The position numbers and the translations under genes were made by a program. 64,000 bases of DNA from the human T2T-CHM13v2.0 reference genome, Homo sapiens, in NCBI RefSeq assembly GCF_009914755.1, contig NC_060942.1; one strand, written 5' to 3'. Below, in pieces: positions 54,382 through 64,000 of this stretch (within the stretch, counting starts at the first letter, position 1; each line of letters starts with the position of its first letter). The notes beneath the pieces were generated by a model that saw only the letters and a program-made list of their open reading frames with translations, was not told the DNA's origin and made no database searches.

Positions 54382-56069
54382 AAAACTTTTGATTATAAAT
54401 GGGATTAAACACTTTTATGTGTATTGAGAATTTCTATCTCTTCTGTGAATTGCCTATTTATATATCCTCTTACACATTTTTCTATGGGGTTGTATGTCTT
54501 TTTCTTATTGACTTATAAGAATTATTTTTGTAGAGGATATCTCTCTTACTGTGATATGTATTTTTTCAAACTTGCTTTCGACTCTAAATTAATTGTTTGC
54601 AAACAGATTGGTATAAAGTGAAGGTGGTAAGACATAAAAGTGAAATATTTATAAGATTTGTATATGATATTGTGATTTTACAACTTCACTTATTTTACTA
54701 GTCTTAGCACTATTTAGTTTATTGCCATCTTTTTACTAGCTTACTAGTTTTCTATATAAAGACAACCAAAATGTTAACAACCAAATATCAATTCGTGGTG
54801 GATATTTTGAAAGAAAAGCATTGATATTTAAAATGTTATTTTGATATTGGAATATAAATTAAAAAGATGAGAAATATTTGTAAACCATTTCAGATTAATT
54901 TATTATTTATTCTTATTTTCAAGAATCCCATACCAATAGCAATATATAATTACATGTTCTTTTTGTTTGATTTGCCACACTTTGTCAAATAGTAACTTAA
55001 AATAGCAGACAGTTATTTAAAAACACGTTTAACAGATGGAAAGATCACCTAGGCGTGCAAGAAGTCATCAATATGTGATTCATCAGTTTGCCTTCAGATT
55101 ATTTTCTTACACTGAGAGATTTAAATAATTTCCAAACCACTGAAAAATAGGCAGAGGCAGCAATTTTGGAAAAGCATGAATTACGGGAGGATTAAGTGAA
55201 ATAGTGTACATCGATCAGTTATGTGGTACTGAGAATTCAAAAACGTTACATGAAAAGGTGATATTTCATCAGGACTTCACAGTTATCTTGTGAGGTGTAG
55301 CTATTACTGCTTCCTTGTTCTACAGGAGAGAACATGGAGGCATAAACAGAGGAAGCAAATATTTGAAGGTCACACAACTAGTAAGTTGCAGAACTTGTGT
55401 TCCTAACTACAGTCACATTTCCTCTCCATGCCATACTGATACAGAAGTATAAAATTCCAAAGTAAAAGCAAAATTATGGAAAGGGAAATTAAATATTTAG
55501 CTGTGAGCAGTTTGAGAGAAAGATTGGGAAACAATTCTATAATGCATGGTTCATAAATTAGTTGTTTCAGCTCATTTAATTTCCACCAAATGTTCTGCTT
55601 TTATGTGGCATAGTGTAGGTTTCTGTTAAGATCATTATAATTCTACAGAATATATTAACTAAATATAGTTTGAACTTTTTTGGAAAGTTGATCATAGTTT
55701 GAAACACCCATAATGCTATGCATTATGTACATGAGTATAAGGTTTCCATGAAATTAATTATTCAGTTCCTCAGTCCAACTAGCTATTAATATATTTCAAG
55801 TGCTCAATAGCCTATGTGGCACCGCTCTGGACATTGCAGATTTACAACATTTTCATCATCCCAGAAAGTTCCGATGGACACTGCTGGTCTAGGATTGTAT
55901 ATGTTTCCCATGTAATTTATGGAACAACAGACTCATATTTATATTCTGTTGTTCTAAAATGTAGAGGCAAATATAGCACTTGCTGTGTTAATCCTCACTC
56001 AACAAATTTAATAATTTACAGGAGTGACAGCTTCTATAGTCACCATTTGTAAAAAAGAAAAAAAAAGAA

Positions 56070-56930
56070 TTTATTTTCTAAAGCAATTTTAGGTTCACAG
56101 AAAAATTGAGCAAAAGGTACATGCATAGTCCCTCCTGTGATTAACATCCCCTAGTACAGTCATGGGGGACAGCTTTCTTGTTTCTACCTTGGCCGGTTAG
56201 GAATAAAGCTGTTATGAATATTTGTGTGCAGGTTTTATCAGCTCCTTTGGGTAAATGGTAAGGGTCATGATTGCTGGATCATATTTTTAGTTTTATAAAA
56301 AACTTCCACACTGTCTTCCAAAGTGACTATACGATATTGTATTCCCACCAGCAATGAATGAGAGTTCCTGTTGCTCCACGTTTTCACCAGCATTTAGTGT
56401 TGTCAGTGTGTTTTCACTTTCATTTAGTTCAAACTGTTTTTAATATCACTTGAGATTTCTTCTGTGATTCGTGTGTTATTGAATCTCCGAGTACTTTTGG
56501 AATTTTCAGCCATCTTTCTCTTATTGATTTCTAGTTTAATTCGTTATTGTCTGAGAGCAGACGTTGCATGATTTCTATTATTTTAAATATGCTAAGTTGT
56601 GCTTTGTGGCCCAGAATGTGGTCTCTTTTGGTAAATGTTTCATGTAAGCTTGAGAAGAATATAGATTCTACTCTTGTTGGATGAAGTAGTCAATAGATAT
56701 CAATTATATCTAGTTACTTGATGTTGTTTTTGAGTTCAACTATGTTCTTTACTAATTTTCTGCTTGCTGGATCTGTTCATTCCTGATAGAGGGATATTGA
56801 AGTCTCCAGTTATAATAGTGGATTCATCTATTTCTCCTTTCAGTTCTATTAGTTGTTGCCTTATGTGTCTTGATGGTCCACTATTAGGTACTTACCTATT
56901 AAGGATTTCTATGTCTTCTTGGAGATTTCT
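56070..56930 (-). mobile_element. Ancient L1M fragments
   Basis: ttttaggttcacagaaaaattgagc, cccaccagcaatgaatgagagttcctgttgctccac and cttgagaagaat motifs. Confidence 0.8.
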
Positions 56931-57217
56931 CAGTGTTTTAAATTATCTCATTGATGGGTGTACTGCCACTCTCATGAAGGATCCAGCAGTTGATGAAAAT
57001 CACTTGATATGCAGCCCACCGCGTTGCTTAGTTTATAAGCTAAGATTAGGAATAGCTGAAAAGAATTTGGACTTTAGGTTAATTCCTCATCTTTATTTGC
57101 AAATTATATATGGTAAATCATAAAATTATTGATTTTCTGATGTGGCACAATGAAGAAGTAAGCCAGTGATATTAGTTGTTTCTGTAGCTGTGAAATTATG
57201 TTTTTGGTTTTTCCTAG

Positions 57218-57415
57218 GGTTTTACAGATTCCTGTGGCAAATTCTACCAAGCAACGATAAAACAGCTAGACTTTGTGAATGATACAGAGAAGTCCACAAC
57301 ACGTGTAAACTCCTGGGTTGCTGATAAAACTAAAGGTGAAAATATATTGTTATTCTATTTCGATAATATTTTAAACAGTTTTATAGTCAGTTCTTTACAA
57401 AACTGTCAAATATAA
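57218..57415 (+). CDS. HMSD: HMSD exon 4: 118-nt serpin exon (57218-57335) read through into the former intron to TAA; 139-aa product
   Basis: cctag|GGT TTT ACA...GFTDSCGKFYQATIKQLDFVNDTEKSTTRVNSWVADKTK G|gtgaaa then ENILLFYFDNILNSFIVSSLQNCQI*; 24+50+65=139 aa. Confidence 0.9.
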   Translation, partial: GFTDSCGKFYQATIKQLDFVNDTEKSTTRVNSWVADKTKGENILLFYFDNILNSFIVSSLQNCQI

Positions 57416-58493
57416 AAAGGAGTCCTTTTTTCTCTAAACAACTATGCAAACATTAAAACCTTTCTTTGGAAATATTGCCAACTCGTAGACCTTTTCTCTA
57501 GCTTTAGCTTTTCCCTTATCAAGTATCTGTGATGTCTCTCTAGATGAAATAATCTCTTCCAGGTTTTTTTGCTTGTTAATATTAGGTAGTTTTTCTTTTC
57601 ACAAATAGCGTTAAAATTTGAATTTAAAAATTTCTAGCTGTCTCCCTCACTGGTATTGCCATACTGTATGGTTTACAGGCTTGAAATGCAACTGCTGTGA
57701 TCAGTGATAAGGGAACACACTGATGATTTAGATTGAACAGGGAGAGTTATATTGTTTTCTAGGGCACAGCTAAAAAGACATTCCATCAACCCCCTTGCAG
57801 CCAGAAAGACCCTGAGCCCTCAGAACTTCACTGACACAACCCATATTTTCTTTCCATAACTGGCCAACTTTTCCCTTTGTACCAAAGCCAGCTACTTAGC
57901 TTCAGGGAGAGAATGAGACTGAAGATTACAAGGAGACATCCACATTATATGTGGGCTGAGAGAGGAAAGAGGGAGCATCAGAGGTTGCCGGGTTTGCTAC
58001 TCTCATTCCTCTTCCTCCTCTGCCCAACACTTGGACTTGGAAAGAAGTCTGAAAGGTGGGGAATAATCAGCCCATATGATTCTACCACTGCAGAGAGAGC
58101 CTCTGAGTGTTACAGCCAGGAGCAACAGGGTGGCACCCTCTTCTTCAGGGAAACACACACCTCTTTGCACTGCCTTGTGGATAGTCCAGTCAAGTGGAGT
58201 AAGAGGTGGGAGTGGGGAGTGTAAATGGAGTAACCTCTAAGTATCCAAGCAGGAGGGTGTTTTTTTTTTTCTCTCTTTCCTGGAATGAGGATAATCAAAT
58301 CATTTCAATATGAATTATGAAAATGAATGATAATGGTTTTATCTGTTATAGAAATATAATATAATCAGACTTTAGCCATGTAAATCATAAAACATAGAGA
58401 TAACAATATGCATATTGTTCCTAGAGGGTCTTGTGAAATTTTGTTTGTCATATTCTCTTTGAAGAGTTATCATTCACTATTTTATTTCTGTCT

Positions 58494-58997
58494 TGTAAAG
58501 CCTGAAAGCTCATGTGCTGCCTTGACATCTATGGGCTTCTCAGGGCCTCAGAGGCCTGGCCATGAAGTCCCCTGCTCTTGTCAGATATGTGCACCCTATT
58601 CACCCACTGAGCAGGAAGGCTCTTCCCCCTTCTAAGTTCCCTTACCAGGCAGTCAGCTGTACCCTCCCTGGGTCTCAACGTGGCTCACTTCCCTCCAGCC
58701 TGGAAAATTATTCAAACAAGCCTGTCACATCTGGAGGAGCCAGGAATCGCCTCTTCCTCTTGTTACTGCAAAGCCTGCCTTCCACAGCCCCTACTGGTTC
58801 ACTCTATTCCCAAATGCAACTCTCCTGTGACCCCGCATGGCATGTGGTGACCTCCCTCCCTGTGAGCAGTTGTGACTAATAAACTGCCGCCAATTTCATC
58901 TGTCCAGTGTGTCATGCCATGTGTCTAGTTATCTCCTACTATTTAATGGGGGAGATCCCTCCTTCACCAACAAGGTGAATATGAGATAATCAAAACA
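58494..58997 (+). mobile_element. Probable ERV solo LTR with AATAAA (58878-58883)
   Basis: TG start, CA end candidates, internal ctaataaactgc and LTR-like C-rich composition. Family not identified. Confidence 0.6.
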
Positions 58998-60107
58998 GCT
59001 ACAATTCCGTGAAAGGTCCAGCCTCCCAAATAATAATTCCATGTGTTTTGTGAAATTGCACTAAGACATTTCCCTTACACTATGTAGTGTTTCTTGTAAG
59101 TATCCACAAAGTGAGTTCCATTTAGAATTGAATTCTAGGAAAAAAAGTTGATCTGACCTCCTCAGATATGTTTACTGAATACCTTCTTTGCATTGGACAT
59201 TTTGCATAGATTATTTAATCCTTAGGGATAATAAACCCATGAGGAATCTGAGACTCAGAAGTTAAGTAGCTTGAACAAGTTCTTGTAGCTAGCAACGAGG
59301 TAGAATGTGGATCCAATGTCTGGTAATGCCAAACACTGGAAAATTACTCAAACAAGCCTGGTACATCCAGAAAAGCCATGAGTAATCTCTTCCTCTTGTT
59401 ATTGTGAAACTTACCTATATCAGCTCCTACCAGAAGGGCAGCTGTCAGCACAGTGCAGGAAGAGTAGGGACCAGAAACCTGTCTCCCTTTAAGATGAAGT
59501 CTGATTTCTTTGGCTGTGTTATCCCATCTGAAAAGTGGAACTCAGAAACTTCTGGCACCAAAAGCACATCATCCTGGATCCAGGGATGAGCATCCTGGGA
59601 TATGGAGCTAAGGTCAGGTGCATCTGGGCGCTATGAACTCTGCAAGCATTGCTACCCCCTCCAGGAGTCCTGAATGGAGGTCCTGAGAGCCTTCACTCCT
59701 CCTATGCTTCAATAAGTGGGAACTCTAAGGCTCTTGCATCCCTCTTCTCAAAGAGGGCTGCAGGGCCACAGTTGAAAAGGAGAGGTCCAAAGCAAGGGAT
59801 GGTTTGGAGACTGAGAAGATGGAGGCAGTACCTTCATGAAGTACCCCTCCAGAAGCTGATGCGCTTCTGCATGTGAAAGGTGGCCTTTCCTTTCCTGAGC
59901 TGAAGCTTCTGTGTTGAAGGAGATGGAGGGGGCAGAGGACTTGAGGGAGGTTTCCAGTCCTGAGGGCTTGCTGAACAAGCTGACATTGATCTGATACTCA
60001 CAGATCATAGCATGGACCATGCACACCTGATTGGCGTATCTAGTGGCTGTTGGGGAATGCAGCATAAAATTCCTCTCCCACCAATACTAGTGTTGACTTC
60101 AGATGTA

Positions 60108-60142
60108 GTTTTCTTTCTTTCTTTCTTTCTTTCTTTTCTTTC

Positions 60143-60194
<52 letters not shown>

Positions 60195-60326
60195 TTCTTT
60201 CTTTCTTCTCTCTCTCTTCTTTCTTTCTCTCTCTCTCCCTTCCTTCCTTCATTGCTTCCTTCCTTGCTTCCTTCCTTCCTTCCTTCCTTGCTTCCTTCCT
60301 TCCTTCTTTCCTTGCTTCCTTCCTTC
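60108..60326. repeat. (CTTT)n/(CCTT)n compound microsatellite derived from an Alu tail
   Basis: About 220 bp of nearly pure pyrimidine adjoining the tail end of a minus-strand Alu. Confidence 0.95.
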
Positions 60327-60570
60327 CAAGACAGAGTATCGCTCTGTCACCCAGGCTGGAGTGCAGTGGTGCAATCTCAGCTCATTGCAACCTCCACCTC
60401 CTGGGTTCAAGCATGTCTCCTGCCCCAGCCTCCCGACCAATTTTTGTATTTTTAGTAGAGACGGGGTTTCACCATGTTGGCCAGGCTGGTCTTGAACTCC
60501 TGTCCTCGTGATCCACCACCTCGGCCTCCCAAAGTGCTGAGATTACAGACATGAGCCACCGCACCAGGCC
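60327..60570 (-). mobile_element. AluS element with an internal deletion
   Basis: gacagagt...cccaggctggagtgcagtgg...tttttgtatttttagtagagacgggg...gagccaccgcaccaggcc; ~245 bp. Confidence 0.93.
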
Positions 60571-61243
60571 GGAAGTAGTTTGCTTTCTCTAGCTGCTTGT
60601 GACCAAGCATACAATGTTTTACCAGTGAATTCCTTAGATATTGTCCTTGAGATGAAGGATTCTGGAGAGGATCAGGAAAAGAGACAGATTCACTAGTTAT
60701 CATCCAGATTTAATGACAGGCTTGCCTGAGAACTCCATTCATTGCTGTGCCAGATATCAATTTATTGTCTATCAGCTCTAAATCTACCTTTGTGGACTTT
60801 GTGATAGTAAACCTGGATCCTGTAACAAGAACTTGACTGACTGGCCCAGTGTTCGGCTTTGCCAATAGAGGGAGCTGGAGAGACACTGTAAGAAGATAGA
60901 AGTAGAAATGCACTTTCTGGATTCTGATCTTCTTAGGATTATTCAGTGTAGGCACCCAGCAGCTCACTTGGTCATCTGTAGCCACATTCTCAGGGAATGC
61001 TTTCTCCACACAATGGCCATTTCTGCATTTGGTCAAGATGCAACCTCTGGCAACTATATCCCTACCAGGCATTTGCTTCTATGGTCCAGCCCCAGCCTGC
61101 CCACACCCTCCAGCAAGGACATATGGCTTCTCGTAAGCCACCTTTGGCCATCTGACAAGTTTCATAGCCACTGCAGACTGCATGTTCCTGTGGCAGCCAC
61201 ACCTTCAAAGAGCTCTGAATATCAGCCTTGGGACATTCAGTCA

Positions 61244-61925
<682 letters not shown>

Positions 61926-62753
61926 CTATGTCTTTTCCTAAGTCCTTAGTTCTTTTTTTTTCCACTTACCCCAAGACATGAAGTGACAATTTCTCTTTTG
62001 TACCTTCTACATCTGCTGCCATTACAGTATTTTTAAAAAATCTATTACTTAATAATTCTTTGTATTAATTCTCTTCTCTTCAAATCTCTGATGTAGTTTG
62101 TTTGCAAAGTGAACACTGCCTGATGTAACTGAATAAGCATCTCTCCCACTATTATGAAAGAGTGTGGCAGGAGACTGAAGTCCACAGTGTGGATCTAGCA
62201 AACACATTCTGGCTTGAGGGTGTGCAGCTATTAGAAAAACTACTCCATTAAAAACTGAAAATTCTGAGATTAATGCTGAACCAGACAGGACACTAGAACA
62301 AGTGGCAGGAACTCACACTGTTTCAACAATCAATGGTAACTCTATTGATAAGCTAAAATCTGAGAGGCTATCAGGGATCTCCTATTCAACTTTCCTATCT
62401 GCAACACATTCAATCAAAGCACGAAAAGATACGTTTAGAAACCAAAGAGATCTTTCTAATTCCCTCCAAATTCTTTGTCACTTAATACTTCCCCTTAACC
62501 CCCTTCAAATTAGTGGAGAGACTGACGATTCACTAATGAGGGACTAATGGCAGTTTCCAGGCAATGCCATATCAGGAGCCTTTTTTTCTTTTATAAGTTC
62601 CTTGAAATACAATACCAGGCATATTAATGTAATGCTTTTCACATTAAGGTCCACTGGGTTCTCCATACCCTTGATCAGCAGAGGCTCTACAACATGTATG
62701 TTTCATTGCTTACATTTGTCTTGGTAACAATCTAGACATTTTCATATAAGCAT

Positions 62754-63243
62754 TGTCTTAGTCTGTTTTGTGTTGCTATATAGGAATACCTGAGGCTGGG
62801 TAGTTTATAAAGAAAGAAGGCTTATTTGGCTCATATTCTGCAGAATATACAAGAGGTATGGCACTGGCATCCCCAGGCTTCTGGAGAGGGCTTTTGTGCT
62901 ATGTCAAAAGACATTGAACCTCAGGAGGCGGAGGTTGCAGTGAACCTTCATTGAACCTGCAGGTTCAATGAGGGAAAGGTCAAAGGGGATGCAGGCACAT
63001 GCGAAGAGGGACCAAACATGGGGAGAAACCTTACTTTATAACAACCCACTCTCGGAGGAATTAATCCATTCCATGAGAGCTAATTGTACCTCACTGACTA
63101 CCAGGAGAACAGGACCAAGGCTTTCACAAGGGATCCACCCACATGACGCAGACACCTCTCCCTAAGTGGAACACTGGCACAGCAGGGACTGAATCACAGT
63201 GTGGGTTTTCGTGGAGACAAAAATCCACACCCAAACCACAGCC
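62754..63243 (-). mobile_element. MST/MLT-type MaLR LTR containing a small foreign insert
   Basis: tgtcttagtctgttttgtgttgctat...acctgaggctgggtagtttataaagaa...ccacccacatgac.cagacacctc. Confidence 0.8.
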
Positions 63244-64000
63244 ATTATGTTTTGGATTGTCCAGACATCCACTTTATAACTCAGTAATCTTTTGAATTTA
63301 GGATTGTGCTGTTAGTAAGCAGTACAAATTTGTCTGGGGAATGTTAATGAAAAATGACAGAAGCAGATCCTGTAAAACTGATTCATTAACTCAAAGGACT
63401 AACCAAATAATATTCAAGAAGGTTTTAATTGTTTGAATAAAGAGAAGTGGTGGGAGAACTGAAAAGAGAATGTACTTGTGTAAATCGAATGTACCTGATA
63501 GGATAGGTACACCGGTCTCAAAAAAATTGGCACTAACGCAGTCAGAACACATTTCAAGTTAAAAATAGGAATTAACTACAGCAAAACAGCACCACAGATC
63601 ACATACACGGACACTCCATTTCATCATTTAGCCCAACTTCTCCTAGAGAGTGAACACTCCATTCCTTAAGTGTTATCACAATCGAATTAATTTTTCCTGA
63701 CATTTATTTATTTCAATTAAACTCTTCTTCCATCACTGAATATGTGAAACACTGTCCAATTGTCTTGTGACAATATTATTACCACAGGGTATGGCAGAAA
63801 AAGCAGTTCTCTGGGAATGTGGCCATACTGACTGTAGTCTCAATTCTTCTGTGAATTCTTCATGGGACTCTGGGCAAATCACACAAACTACCTCTATTTC
63901 ACCATCCTCTCCTGCAAAATATAAGGAACAGCGTCAACAATATGGTTCTTTCAAATGCTTACATTTTATGATGCTATGTTTGTTTCTCTAGCATTAATTA

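Noticed and set aside
60012-60455. 147-aa hydrophobic F/L/S ORF and K/E/R antisense ORFs
   Set aside because: Translation of a (CTTT)n microsatellite and an Alu.

Overview
Human (primate) genomic DNA from the 18q21.3 clade-B serpin cluster, with all genes on the + strand. It holds the last coding exon and 3' UTR of SERPINB2 (PAI-2), the complete SERPINB10 gene (bomapin; 7 coding exons that splice to 397 aa), an orphan CpG island, and the truncated SERPINB6/B8-like duplicate HMSD. The rest is mostly L1, Alu, L2, MIR, MaLR/ERV LTR and MER repeats. There are no rRNA, tRNA or CRISPR features. I found no wholly new gene system. The most interesting object is HMSD. A 1-bp deletion turns its ancestral N-terminus into a 31-aa uORF whose stop overlaps the downstream start (ATGA). 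This haplotype has A at intron-2 +5, the allele described as causing exon-2 skipping and the ACC-6 minor histocompatibility peptide [11 protein letters not shown] from an alternative frame. An LTR offers an in-phase alternative last exon. Other points are a multi-missense SERPINB2/SERPINB10 haplotype, an intact L1 ORF0, several non-canonical L1 insertions or junctions, and two template-switch-like palindromes. Gene names, reference alleles and repeat subfamilies come from memory, not from a search. Repeat boundaries are approximate.
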